In this document: piece by piece, positions 1 to 10,042 of the stretch | Numbering within the stretch: position 1 is the first letter of the stretch | How the letters are laid out: the number at the start of each line of letters is the position of its first letter | Assembly (NCBI GenBank): GCA_951812855.1 | Contig: OX638337.1 | Coordinates: 1,290,001 to 1,322,000, forward strand | Length of the DNA stretch: 32,000 bases | Source: an uncultured Lentisphaeria bacterium | GTDB lineage: Bacteria > Verrucomicrobiota > Lentisphaeria > JABSQK01 > JAJFLO01 | Direction of reading: 5' to 3' | Notes under the pieces: generated by a model | What the model was told of the DNA's origin: nothing | Seen by the model: only the letters and a program-made list of their open reading frames with translations | Databases searched by the model: none | Made by a program: the position numbers and the translations under genes

Positions 1-242
1 ATGACCGAAAAATTAACTGATTTATCGTAAAAACTGATCAATCCGGTTGAACTGATTTAAGGAGAATCTAATGTAAAGGCAATCCCGGAATGGCAAAGAG
101 CACAAGAAATGGAAATTCGGCTCAGGAGTATCGATATACAAAAGAATATCGCAGCTGCCAATCCTATCATTTTAGTGTGAATTATTGAATAGAAGAAAAA
201 GCACGAAACCCCGGCAATAGAAAAAGCATGTCTTTGTTTCTT

Positions 243-543
243 CTATTTAATAAAATTCTCAAGTTCATCGAACATCTGTAGAGTTGTCTCAAGGTGCTGA
301 TCCTTCATATATCCGAATACATTAAATTCCCGAATTAAAATATTGATTAAACGTGGGTTCAAAGACATTAGTAAAATCATAAAGGCTTGATCTATGAGTA
401 AAAACCATATATTGGGAATATTCAAATTCATCGTATTGTAACGGGTTTTGGTTCTGGATAAAATCTTTACTAAGATTGTACTCATATCGGTAAGTATTCA
501 ATGCATAGACGTTTTTCCCGAGTGAGAGACAGTTCTCGTCCAT
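243..543 (-). pseudogene. Possible frameshifted small hypothetical gene (two overlapping minus-strand ORFs, 322..543 then 243..485)
   Basis: ORF 322..543 stops at ...TFNQYFNSGI*. A second frame continues across the same point (...IREFNVFGYMKDQHLETTLQMFDELENFIK*). I recognise no family. Confidence 0.2.
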
Positions 544-646
544 CAGAGATAAACAGGAAACGTTTCTCTTATAGACTTTCTAAAAGTGTAATTTTCTCAA
601 AATAAAACACCTGCATATATTATTTATAACGAATTCAGGGTGCGTA

Positions 647-1939
647 ATGAAAATAATTAATATCGGCTTAATCGGTTGCGGAAATGTTGGTGCCGGCGTT
701 GTAAAATGGGTTCAAAAGAATTCAAATTTAATAGAAGCACGCTGCAATATAAAACTCCGGATTGCAAAAATTGCGGTTAAGAATCTAAACAAAGATCGGG
801 GATTGGGCCGTGATAGTGCATTATTGACTACTGATGCAGAGAGCCTTGTAAATGATTCTGATATCGATGTTATTATTGAGTTGATTGGTGGAACTGATGA
901 CGCCGGGTCACTCGTTGTTTCTGCTCTGAAACAGGGGAAACCCGTTGTTACTGCGAATAAATCATTACTTGCGTTTCATGGGGATGAATTATTTAAACTG
1001 GCAAAAGATAACGACACCGATATATATTTTGAAGCCAGTGTTGCCGGCGGAATCTCGATTATTAAATATTTAAAAGAGGGACTTGCTGGAAATCATATCA
1101 ACTTGATATACGGGATATTGAACGGGACCTGTAACTATATCCTCACTCGAATGGCTCAAAATGGTGAGGATTTTAACGATGTATTAAAGGACGCACAGCG
1201 TCTGGGCTTTGCAGAAGCAGACCCCGGGTTAGATATTGACGGTCATGATGCAGCTCATAAAACGTGTATATTAGCCTCATTAGCCTACGGGGAATGGTTT
1301 GATATCGATTCAATTCATGTAGAAGGCATACGCAACCTGGAGTTACAGGATATTCATAACTCAGCCGAAGCAGGCTATACCGTTAAATTATTAGGTATCA
1401 TAAAACTTGATTCGGGAAGAATTCAAATGCGGGTCCATCCAGCCCTGGTCCCCTCAACCTCATTGATCGCAAGAGTCGATAACGAGTTTAATGCCGTGTG
1501 GGTTCACGGTGATGTTGTCGGTGATACAATGCTGTATGGACGGGGTGCCGGACAAAATCCGACAACAAGTGCAGTAATTGCAGATATCATTGATGTTGCC
1601 CTCAATATCAAATGTAATTCTGCCAATCGGGTTGCTGCATTTCAACCTCACCAGTCCTATGACAATGTTTTAACAATGGCTGAAATTTCAAGTCGTTATT
1701 ACTTGCGTTTGTCGTTGGAAGACAAACCAAATGTATTAGCGAAAATCGCCTGCATATTAGGTGACACAAATATAAGCATTGCCAGTGTCGTACAAAAAGA
1801 ATCTGACTCAAACAGGCTGCCTGTTATTTTAATCACTCATACAGCAAAAGAGTCCGATATTAATACCGCAATTAAAAAAATCAAGGAATTACCAGTTGTT
1901 CACGACAAACCGGTTATTCTCAGGATTGAAGATATTTAA
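647..1939 (+). CDS. hom: Homoserine dehydrogenase
   Basis: N-terminal NAD(P)-binding motif IGLIGCGNVGAGV. Conserved core includes AGGISIIK, LNGTCNYILT and LGFAEADPGLDIDGHDAAHK. C-terminal ACT-like regulatory domain. The 430-aa length is typical. Confidence 0.9.
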   Translation: MKIINIGLIGCGNVGAGVVKWVQKNSNLIEARCNIKLRIAKIAVKNLNKDRGLGRDSALLTTDAESLVNDSDIDVIIELIGGTDDAGSLVVSALKQGKPVVTANKSLLAFHGDELFKLAKDNDTDIYFEASVAGGISIIKYLKEGLAGNHINLIYGILNGTCNYILTRMAQNGEDFNDVLKDAQRLGFAEADPGLDIDGHDAAHKTCILASLAYGEWFDIDSIHVEGIRNLELQDIHNSAEAGYTVKLLGIIKLDSGRIQMRVHPALVPSTSLIARVDNEFNAVWVHGDVVGDTMLYGRGAGQNPTTSAVIADIIDVALNIKCNSANRVAAFQPHQSYDNVLTMAEISSRYYLRLSLEDKPNVLAKIACILGDTNISIASVVQKESDSNRLPVILITHTAKESDINTAIKKIKELPVVHDKPVILRIEDI

Positions 1940-2016
1940 CCGGAAGAAAATTCGAATTATCTCCTTAAACTAAATTTTATCCGTACTGAAATTACTATCG
2001 AAAGGGAATAAAAAAA

Positions 2017-3600
2017 GTGGAAGATAGAGTTGCAATATATGATACCACCCTGAGGGACGGTACACAGGGTGAGGGTGTATCATTTTCGAAGGTGGACAAA
2101 GTGCGAATCGCAGAATGTCTCGACAGCTTTGGGGTTTCCTACATCGAAGGCGGGTGGCCGGGTTCAAATCCAAAGGATATGGCCTTTTTTAATGAAGTAA
2201 AAAATAAAACGTATAAACACGCAAAGATTGCTGCATTCGGCAGCACGCGCCGGGCATCAAATAAGGTTGAAAATGATCCCAATATTACAGCATTACTTGA
2301 GGCCGAGACTCCAGTTACGACAATCTTCGGAAAAACCTGGATGCTTCACGTCACAGACGTCTTGCGTATTAGTCCAGATGATAATCTCAAAATGATCGAA
2401 GATTCTTGTGCTTATCTGCACGATCAAAAAAAAGAGGTTATATACGATGCGGAACATTTTTTCGATGGCTGCAAAGATAATTCAGAGTATGCCTTATCCA
2501 CACTTGAAAGTGCAGTTTCCGGTGGTGCTTCGGTTATTGTGCTGTGTGACACAAATGGCGGAACAATGCCGACGGAAATCAAAACAATTACAGAAACAGT
2601 TGTGAAACGGTTCAGCAGCAGAGTAACCGTTGGAATTCATACTCACAATGATTGTGGAATGGGAACAGCCAATTCAATTGTCGCTGTTGAAACCGGTGCA
2701 CGTCATATACAGGGAACAATAAATGGTATCGGTGAGCGCTGCGGCAATGCAAATTTATGCTCAATCCTTCCGAATATTGAACTAAAGTTAAAATTGAGTG
2801 CGTTACCTGAAGGAAAACTCAGTCGCCTAAAAGAGGTCAGTGAATTTGTTTTCGATCTGGCCAATTTAAGACTTGACAACCGGCTTCCTTATGTCGGGAC
2901 AAGTGCCTTTGCTCACAAAGGCGGTATCCATGTTAATGCGATGCAGAAAACGGCAGTCTCATATGAACACATCAAACCTGAAGCTGTTGGCAATAAAACT
3001 CGGGTATTGATATCTGATTTATCCGGAGGCAGCAATATTTTAATGAGAGCTGCAGAGCATAATATTGACATCAACAGTAAAAGTCCTGAAGTTCGAACAA
3101 TCCTTAATGAACTCAAAACCCTGGAAAGTGAAGGGTATGAATTTGAAGCGGCCGGTGCATCATTTGAACTGCTCATGCAAAAAATACTAAAAAAACACAA
3201 ATCATTTTTTTGCCTGGAAGGGTTCCGGGTTATCGTTGAAAAGCGAGGCCATGACAGCCCGTGTATAAGTGAAGCTACGGTTAAAGTAAATGTAAATGAT
3301 GACATTGAAATATGTGCAGCTGAAGGCGACGGTCCCGTGAATGCTTTAGATAAAGCATTGCGAAAAGTACTCGTTCGGTTTTACCCTCAAATCGCAGATA
3401 TTGAACTCAGAGATTACAAAGTCAGAATCGTGGATGGTGAAGCGGGAACGTCAGCAAAAACACGCGTTTTAATTGAATCTACCGATGGAAATAAGTTTTG
3501 GGGAACGGTTGGCGTCAGTGAAAATATTATTGAAGCGTCCTGGCAGGCACTTGTAGATTCAGTAGAACACAAACTTTATTCTCAGGAAAAACAGGAATAA
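2017..3600 (+). CDS. cimA: Citramalate synthase (LeuA/CimA family, long CimA-type)
   Basis: GTG start preceded by aaaggga. N-terminus IYDTTLRDGTQGEGVSFS..DKVRIAECLDSFGVSYIEGGWPGSNPKDMAFF is characteristic of the CimA branch of HMGL-like aldolases. HTHNDCGMGTAN metal site and a C-terminal LeuA-dimerisation-like domain are present. CimA versus LeuA is assigned from remembered subfamily signatures. Confidence 0.8.
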   Translation: MEDRVAIYDTTLRDGTQGEGVSFSKVDKVRIAECLDSFGVSYIEGGWPGSNPKDMAFFNEVKNKTYKHAKIAAFGSTRRASNKVENDPNITALLEAETPVTTIFGKTWMLHVTDVLRISPDDNLKMIEDSCAYLHDQKKEVIYDAEHFFDGCKDNSEYALSTLESAVSGGASVIVLCDTNGGTMPTEIKTITETVVKRFSSRVTVGIHTHNDCGMGTANSIVAVETGARHIQGTINGIGERCGNANLCSILPNIELKLKLSALPEGKLSRLKEVSEFVFDLANLRLDNRLPYVGTSAFAHKGGIHVNAMQKTAVSYEHIKPEAVGNKTRVLISDLSGGSNILMRAAEHNIDINSKSPEVRTILNELKTLESEGYEFEAAGASFELLMQKILKKHKSFFCLEGFRVIVEKRGHDSPCISEATVKVNVNDDIEICAAEGDGPVNALDKALRKVLVRFYPQIADIELRDYKVRIVDGEAGTSAKTRVLIESTDGNKFWGTVGVSENIIEASWQALVDSVEHKLYSQEKQE

Positions 3601-3604
3601 AAGA

Positions 3605-4612
3605 ATGGTCATTATTACTGGAGGTGCCGGTTTTATAGGCAGTGCTGTTATCTGGGGATTAAATAATCGTGGTGTTGACGATATCGTTGTGGTTGATCAT
3701 CTGGACTGTGACGAAAAGTGGAAGAATTTACGGGAGTTATCGTTTGAAGATTATCTGGAAAAAGACGATTTTCGTGACTTGATAAAACGGGACTTGATAA
3801 AACGGGGTCGGTTTTCTTCGGATAATACCAGTGCAATTATTCATATGGGTGCCTGCTCCAGCACTGCCGAACTGAATGCATCTTACCTGGTCGATAACAA
3901 TTATCAATACTCAAAAGAACTTGCGTCATTTGCAATTGAACATAATATTCGATTTGTTTATGCATCAAGCGCAGCTACTTATGGTAACGGAGACCGGGGA
4001 TACAATGACGATCGGAGTCAATTAACCTCACTGATCCCGCTGAATATGTATGGATACAGCAAACAAATGTTTGATTTATGGGCATATCGCCATAATCTTC
4101 TCGACAAAATTGTTGGACTTAAGTTTTCTAACGTATTCGGACCAAACGAGTATCATAAAGATGATATGAGAAGTGTACCCCATAAAGCATTTGTCCAAAT
4201 ACAAGATTCCGGAAAAGTTCAATTATTTAAATCATATAAAGACGAATACAATGACGGCGGGCAGATGCGCGATTTCATTTATATAAAAGATGTCGTAGAC
4301 ATGATTATTTTTTTCCTCGAGAAACAGAATATAAATGGCATCTACAATATTGGTTCCGGAAAAGCGAGAACATGGAAGGATTTAGTTACATCAATTTTTT
4401 CTGCTCTTAAAATTGCCCCTGAGATTGAGTATATAGACATGCCCGAAGGGCTTAAAGATAAGTATCAATATTTTACAGAGCTGAATATGGACAAGCTCCA
4501 TAAAGCCGGATATTCAAAATCGATGATGACTCTTGAAAAAGCAACGGAAGATTATGTGTTGAATTATTTAATCCCGGACCGGTATCTGTCTTCATCATCA
4601 AAAGGCTCATAA
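3605..4612 (+). CDS. hldD: ADP-L-glycero-D-manno-heptose 6-epimerase
   Basis: Collinear with E. coli HldD/RfaD: IITGGAGFIGS, HMGACSST, DNNYQYSKEL, YASSAATYG, YGYSK. Starts 4 nt after the cimA stop, with aggaa upstream. Confidence 0.9.
   Translation: MVIITGGAGFIGSAVIWGLNNRGVDDIVVVDHLDCDEKWKNLRELSFEDYLEKDDFRDLIKRDLIKRGRFSSDNTSAIIHMGACSSTAELNASYLVDNNYQYSKELASFAIEHNIRFVYASSAATYGNGDRGYNDDRSQLTSLIPLNMYGYSKQMFDLWAYRHNLLDKIVGLKFSNVFGPNEYHKDDMRSVPHKAFVQIQDSGKVQLFKSYKDEYNDGGQMRDFIYIKDVVDMIIFFLEKQNINGIYNIGSGKARTWKDLVTSIFSALKIAPEIEYIDMPEGLKDKYQYFTELNMDKLHKAGYSKSMMTLEKATEDYVLNYLIPDRYLSSSSKGS
3776..3805 (+). repeat. Perfect 15-bp tandem duplication (gacttgataaaacgg x2) inside hldD, encoding DLIKR-DLIKR
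   Basis: Read directly: ...cgt gacttgataaaacgg gacttgataaaacgg ggt... It is in frame and lies in the segment that varies between HldD homologues. Confidence 0.9.
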
Positions 4613-4636
4613 GAGTTTTAACTCTATCTCGATATC

Positions 4637-5731
4637 ATGAAATGGTGGATTATCTATTTTTTTATTGGCGTCTGTGCCACAGGCATCACACTCATTACCA
4701 CGCCAATTTGCCGCAATATAAGTTGGAAACTGGATATTCTCGATATTCCACTTGGTGAATTTCATAAGAAACATGGCCAATCGACGCCATTGCTCGGTGG
4801 AATCGCCATGTTATCAGGTTGGATCATCACAGTTTATGGCGGGTTATTATATTGCGTAAAATTTCAGCATATGCTGCCGGATGAGCTTATCCATCGCATT
4901 CCCGGAATATTGAGTGTGCAATCATTATTATATGTCATTACTGCCGGGGCAATTGCCTTGACGATAATGGGACTTATTGACGACAAGAAACCCCTGGGGC
5001 CTTTGGTAAAATTTATCATGCAATTTGTCATATGTTCCATTGTCGCAAGTTATCCTAAAATACGTGTAACTATATTTGTTGAGACACCGATTATTACCTG
5101 GGCCATTACCGTTTGCTGGTTTATGTTTATTATCAATGCCTTTAATTTCTTTGACAATATGGATGGACTTGCATCAGGTACGGCCTTTATTGCCGCAGTT
5201 TTATTTACACTGGTCGCTGCATTTGGAAATCAGATTTTTGTTGCAGCACTCGGAGCAGCAACTGCCGGAGCAGCGTCAGGATTTTATTTTTATAATCGGT
5301 ACCCCGCGTCTATTTTTATGGGCGATTCCGGGAGTTATTTTCTAGGATATATGCTTGCAGTCATAGGTACATTAACGATGTTCTACCACCCGGCAACATC
5401 ACCGACACCGGCACCACTTCTCATACCGATTTTAGTTCTGGCAGTCATTATTTTTGATACATTTGCTGTCGTTATAATCCGCCTCAAAAAAGGCGTACCA
5501 ATCTATTATGGCGATCATAATCACATCTCCCATCGATTTCACGATATGGGAGTAAGTAAAAAACAGGCCGTTTTTATTGTTCATATGCTGGCACTTTCAA
5601 TCGGGCTTGGTGCGATTACATTAATGTGGTTGGACTCAAAAGGTGTCGTGCTGGTGTTGATTCAGTCATCAGCAATGTTATTGCTTGTTGTTATACTCCA
5701 TCACATCAAGAAACGTGATGATGAAAAATAA
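4637..5731 (+). CDS. Glycosyltransferase family 4 polyprenyl-phosphate HexNAc-1-phosphate transferase (WecA/MraY family)
   Basis: Polytopic membrane protein with MGLIDDKKPL, NAFNFFDNMDGLASG and IFMGDSGSYFLGY motifs typical of the MraY/WecA family. Adjacent to hldD, consistent with envelope glycan synthesis. Confidence 0.85.
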   Translation: MKWWIIYFFIGVCATGITLITTPICRNISWKLDILDIPLGEFHKKHGQSTPLLGGIAMLSGWIITVYGGLLYCVKFQHMLPDELIHRIPGILSVQSLLYVITAGAIALTIMGLIDDKKPLGPLVKFIMQFVICSIVASYPKIRVTIFVETPIITWAITVCWFMFIINAFNFFDNMDGLASGTAFIAAVLFTLVAAFGNQIFVAALGAATAGAASGFYFYNRYPASIFMGDSGSYFLGYMLAVIGTLTMFYHPATSPTPAPLLIPILVLAVIIFDTFAVVIIRLKKGVPIYYGDHNHISHRFHDMGVSKKQAVFIVHMLALSIGLGAITLMWLDSKGVVLVLIQSSAMLLLVVILHHIKKRDDEK

Positions 5732-5797
5732 AAACTCTAAATCCATCGAAAATATTAATAATAAACCAAACACCTGTTCAGTTAATTACGATATAAA

Positions 5798-6691
5798 ATG
5801 AACGATACGATCCATCTTAACCCGTCAATGATGACCAACCTTTGCCGTGAAGCACTCGCTGAAGATATCGGGAGTGGCGATGCAACAACCCTTTCAGTGA
5901 TACCGGATTCCATAAATGTATCCGGTCAACTGATCACTCGTGAATCATGTATTATCGCCGGTCTTCCTCTGGTCGAAAAAGTGTTCCATGTTCAGGATTC
6001 ATCATTGACCTTTGAATCCAAAATTGCTGACAGTCAACGCTGTATCAATGGCCAGGTCATCGGTACGGTTTCAGGGCAGGCCCGCTCAATATTAACCGCA
6101 GAGCGAACGGCTCTAAATTTTATTCAGCACCTCTCAGGAATAGCAACTCTGACAAATAAATATGTTGATGCTTTATCAAATTCAAAAACAAAGATTTTGG
6201 ATACGAGAAAAACAACACCCGGACTGAGGCTGTTAGAAAAATATGCAGTATCAATGGGCGGGGGCACTAATCATAGGCATGGGCTGTATGATCGGATCAT
6301 GATAAAAGATAATCATCTATTTATCGCATCACTCTCAGGTGTAGGCGGAATAAAAGAAGCGATCACGACATGCAGGTCAACCTATCCCAATCTGGAAATT
6401 GAAGTTGAAATTGATACCCTTGATCAATTGGAGGAAGCACTGATGTCAGGCACAGATTACATTCTCCTGGATAATATGTCTGCTGAAGAAATGATTGAAG
6501 CAGTCAAACTAAGAGATCAGTTATGTGCAAAAACGCTACTTGAAGGCAGTGGCGGAATTACACTTGAACGTATCCCTGAAATCGCATCCATTGGGCTGGA
6601 TTTTATCTCTGTCGGGGAATTAACACATTCTGTAAATTCTATTGATATTGGATTAGATTTCCAATGCGGCGAAAGTAAGCCATTTAAATAA
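5798..6691 (+). CDS. nadC: Nicotinate-nucleotide pyrophosphorylase (quinolinate phosphoribosyltransferase)
   Basis: TAERTALNFIQHLSGIATLT, ILDTRKTTPGLR, KYAVSMGGGTNHRHGLYD, IMIKDNH and SGGITLE motifs. Typical length of 297 aa. Confidence 0.9.
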   Translation: MNDTIHLNPSMMTNLCREALAEDIGSGDATTLSVIPDSINVSGQLITRESCIIAGLPLVEKVFHVQDSSLTFESKIADSQRCINGQVIGTVSGQARSILTAERTALNFIQHLSGIATLTNKYVDALSNSKTKILDTRKTTPGLRLLEKYAVSMGGGTNHRHGLYDRIMIKDNHLFIASLSGVGGIKEAITTCRSTYPNLEIEVEIDTLDQLEEALMSGTDYILLDNMSAEEMIEAVKLRDQLCAKTLLEGSGGITLERIPEIASIGLDFISVGELTHSVNSIDIGLDFQCGESKPFK

Positions 6692-7275
6692 AGCGAACTC
6701 ACACTTTACCCCATTTTTCACATCCGGACGATAGATTTTGTCAACACATTGATACCAAAGAGTGTGAAAAAAAACGAATCGATGCACCGGTGCACCTTGA
6801 AATCTATTCGTTTGTCCGGCATGAATTCAAAGCAAGGGTCAGCGGTTTGTCAGCCCGTTGTATTTGCGGTAACTGAATCAATGAGCGTATCATCTTCTGG
6901 GCAATCGTCTGAAAGTCCTGAATATTCGTTGCTGTAGCGTCCGAGACAAGATTGTGTCCGATTTCAACTCGCCGAGTGTTTCCTATACTTGCACCCGGGA
7001 AGTTTTTAACGGGAAGCGATGCCCCTGAAGCAGAAGCCGATGAACGGCCGCGTCGGTCCATATTTGTTGATGGATATTAAATGACCTAAACTTGATTCCT
7101 CGGAATAATGGAATCGATGCATTATTTAATTTAGGCATTATTAGCGGGCTGACAATTCAGAAAAGATCGGGTAAATAATTTGATAAGTATTTATAGGCAC
7201 TCATTAATATAAATTGTTGAATCCGTTAATTAGATCGATATTAAGAAAACCGCATGAGCGTGAAAGGAACTGTCT

Positions 7276-9261
7276 GTGACAGAGATACCCTACTTACATG
7301 ATATTGTCATTCTCTTCGGGTCGATTCTTGTTGTAATCGTTGCAAGTTATCGACTAAAAGTCCCCGCTATTATCGGATTCCTCGTGACTGGAGTTTTAGT
7401 CGGACCTCATGGCTTGAAACTTGTTCACGATTCTGAACATGTTGAGGTTTTTGCTGAGTTTGGTGTTGTGTTTTTATTATTTGTTATTGGAATTGAGCTT
7501 TCTTTTAATCAACTTAAAAAACTATGGCATTTTTTTATTATTGGCGGTTTTGTTCAGACAGTTGCAACGGTAAGCATAACAACGATAATTTGTATTAAAT
7601 TAGGTCATCCATTACCTCAGTCTATTTTTTATGGACTCTTAGTTGCGTTAAGCAGTACAGCAATTGTTTTAAGACTCTATTCGGATAAAAGAGAGTTAAA
7701 TTCTCCTCAGGGTAAGGTGTCAACAGCGATTCTATTATTTCAGGATCTGTTAATTGTTCCATTACTTTTGACTGTTCCGATTCTGGGCGGAACCGTTTCG
7801 GCAACATCTCCGGAACTAATCACCCGATTTGGCGGAGGTCTTGCGGTGGTTGCATTAACGTTTATAATCGGACGCAATGTTCTGCCTGTTTTATTAAAAT
7901 TAATCATCCAGACCGGGGTGCGCGAAATTGTTGTTATCGTATGTTTGTTTACGTGTCTGGGAGCCGCACTGTTAACCGAATCGTTTGGCTTCTCACTTGC
8001 CCTTGGTGCCTTTTTATCAGGAATCTTAATTTCAGAATCAGATTATCGATCACAGTTACTCGCTGAAATCACACCATTTCGTGACGTCTTCAACAGCATG
8101 TTTTTCATCTCGGTAGGCATGCTTCTGCACTTAGATTTCTTTTTTGAACACCTTTTTCCTGTCCTCTTCCTGGTTTTATGTATAATTCTATTAAAAGCAG
8201 TGATACTTATCGTCACGGTAGTTTTATTGAAATTTCCAATCCGAACAGCAATTATTGCAGCCATGGGATTAGCCCAGGTCGGTGAGTTTTCGTTTGTCCT
8301 TATTCGAGCCGGGTCCGTTCACGGTCTGTTTAATGATTATCATTATCAGATGGCTATAGCCTCTGCTGTATTTACCATGATTCTTACGCCACTGCTTTTC
8401 CGTATTGCACCAAAGATTGCAGCCATTTTCGATTCATTGTCGGGAACGAAAACGACTCCGATAGATTCAGAGACCTCCTCTTCGGCAACCGAGACCAAGG
8501 TGGTCGTATGCGGCTACGGTTTGAATGGCCGTCATTTAGCCAGAGTTTTAAAGACATCGCACGTTCCTTATATAATCATTGACTTAAACGGTTACAAAGT
8601 TGAACAGGCATTAAAAACAGGTGAACCGATAATATATGGCGATGTCACACGCCCGGAAATATTAATACACGGCGGTATCAAATCAGCATCCGTTGCAGTA
8701 TTGTCATTTCCGGATCCGCCGGCATTAAGACACAGTATACGACTCATGCGGCAGTTAAATCCTAATTTATACATTATTGTCCGATCGCAGTATCTATCTG
8801 AATGGGAAGAGTTACGCGATTGCGGTGCGGACGAGGTTATCGCACAAGAGTTTGAAACCTCTATTGAAATTGTAACAATGGTTTTGTCAAAATTACATTT
8901 GCCCGGTAATTTAATTCGGACACAATCCCGTATTCTGCGAGAAGATGGCTATGAAATGCTGCGTGCCCCATCTCCGGTTATCGGTATTTCAGAGAAGGTA
9001 TTCCAGGCATTGTATCAGGGGACAACAGACTCCTTTTTCCTTTCAGAGACCCATTTTGCTGTCGGTAAATCAATTTCAGAACTCCGGTTGCGAAAGGAAA
9101 CAGGGGCATCTGTTATTGCGATTGTTCAAGGGAATAATACTCTCACAAATCCGCCACCTGAACATGTCTTCAACAGTGGCGATGTTTTAGTAATGGTCGG
9201 CAGTCATGCTGAAATTGATAATGCATTTATTTTTCTTGAAAAAAGCAGGACAAGAAAATAG
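7276..9261 (+). CDS. Kef-type monovalent cation:proton antiporter (CPA2) with C-terminal RCK/TrkA-N and TrkA-C domains
   Basis: GTG start with aaagga 8 nt upstream. About 390 aa of Na+/H+-exchanger-like TM helices. Then a Rossmann motif VVVCGYGLNGRHLARVL and a TrkA-C-like end (GKSISELRLRKETGASVIAIVQG...GDVLVMVGS). Confidence 0.85.
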   Translation: MTEIPYLHDIVILFGSILVVIVASYRLKVPAIIGFLVTGVLVGPHGLKLVHDSEHVEVFAEFGVVFLLFVIGIELSFNQLKKLWHFFIIGGFVQTVATVSITTIICIKLGHPLPQSIFYGLLVALSSTAIVLRLYSDKRELNSPQGKVSTAILLFQDLLIVPLLLTVPILGGTVSATSPELITRFGGGLAVVALTFIIGRNVLPVLLKLIIQTGVREIVVIVCLFTCLGAALLTESFGFSLALGAFLSGILISESDYRSQLLAEITPFRDVFNSMFFISVGMLLHLDFFFEHLFPVLFLVLCIILLKAVILIVTVVLLKFPIRTAIIAAMGLAQVGEFSFVLIRAGSVHGLFNDYHYQMAIASAVFTMILTPLLFRIAPKIAAIFDSLSGTKTTPIDSETSSSATETKVVVCGYGLNGRHLARVLKTSHVPYIIIDLNGYKVEQALKTGEPIIYGDVTRPEILIHGGIKSASVAVLSFPDPPALRHSIRLMRQLNPNLYIIVRSQYLSEWEELRDCGADEVIAQEFETSIEIVTMVLSKLHLPGNLIRTQSRILREDGYEMLRAPSPVIGISEKVFQALYQGTTDSFFLSETHFAVGKSISELRLRKETGASVIAIVQGNNTLTNPPPEHVFNSGDVLVMVGSHAEIDNAFIFLEKSRTRK

Positions 9262-10042
9262 TATAGACAGATCCAATACCGTGATTAAAGTTACCCAATA
9301 TACCCTGCCCGGATTCTACAAATCCATTCAGCTGATTGTCAACATACAAAAAAAATTCAAGACTTTAATCCGGACTTTGTACTATTTTCCTGTCGGCATC
9401 TTTTTTTTGCTTTATCATTTGGAATCATATCAATTCTTGCGAAATTGTGTGCGGGCATTCCCGGCTGTTTTCTTTGTCGCAATGTGCTTCCGGACGGACA
9501 CTCATTTATCGACAGACTTTTACTTAAAATTGCATTTTTTAATACCCGGGCATTCATTCCCCATAGCGAAGAAGATTGAGTCAATGCCCAAAGAATTAAA
9601 CCGGGAATCCGTTCCTATCAAAATCCACATCCCCAAAATATTTTGAGAATTTGCATTTTTGACTAATTTTATTACGCAAAAGCAGCTGCGGAATTATTCT
9701 TTTTGCGGGGTTTATTGCAAACACCGAATATTCTAATTCAAATTGTGAAATCAGAGTAGTGTGCTTTGGTAAGGACTGAATTGCCTTATAAACATTAATA
9801 TAACGTTTTTTTATTGATCTAATATTCAGCTTTAATTCGAGTTTATTAAAAAAAATCAGGCAAAATACCCTGTCACAATTCCTTCTTTTTCCCGCTTATT
9901 TTTCCTGTCCCGCCATGTGTTTTAGATAAAATACAGGTCATCGCTGGAAGTTTCTGCATCTAATCGTTATCGTTCAGGCTTTCTCTAATTTGTTTGTTTA
10001 GATATTAATTACATTCAATTCGCAACCCTTGTTCACGATGTT

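Noticed and set aside
1460-1811. Antisense or alternate-frame ORFs nested in large conserved genes (for example 1460..1651, 1608..1811, 2408..2605, 2913..3305, 5076..5345, 8043..8264, 14621..14930, 16550..16852, 17557..17981, 18896..19255, 25356..25653, 27773..28181, 28946..29203, 30890..31112)
   Set aside because: Each lies wholly inside a gene whose product has strong family-level similarity in another frame or on the other strand. The translations are low-complexity or Cys/Arg/Ser-rich shadow sequences with no recognisable motifs.
2161-2171. tRNA T-arm-like string ggttcaaatcc
   Set aside because: It lies inside the cimA reading frame (PGSNPK). No acceptor or D-arm complementarity flanks it.
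6700-7070. RNase P RNA, tmRNA, SRP RNA or a c-di-AMP riboswitch in the GC-richer intergenic core upstream of kef
   Set aside because: Only fragmentary resemblance was found: 'gaaagtcc' near 6913 and 'gaagcag' near 7027. The expected partner elements are absent on both strands. These include the RNase P P4 3' strand ACAGAAnCCGGCUUA, the tmRNA TCCACCA end and tag ORF, the SRP GGAAGCAGCC context and the ydaO ACGGGGA/CCGA pseudo-repeats. It is kept only as an unexplained region.
9206-9646. The 146-aa ORF as a genuine gene
   Set aside because: It overlaps the kef 3' end by 56 nt and has no SD. Its composition mirrors translated AT-rich DNA, and I recognise no motif. It is retained only as part of the unexplained-gap finding.
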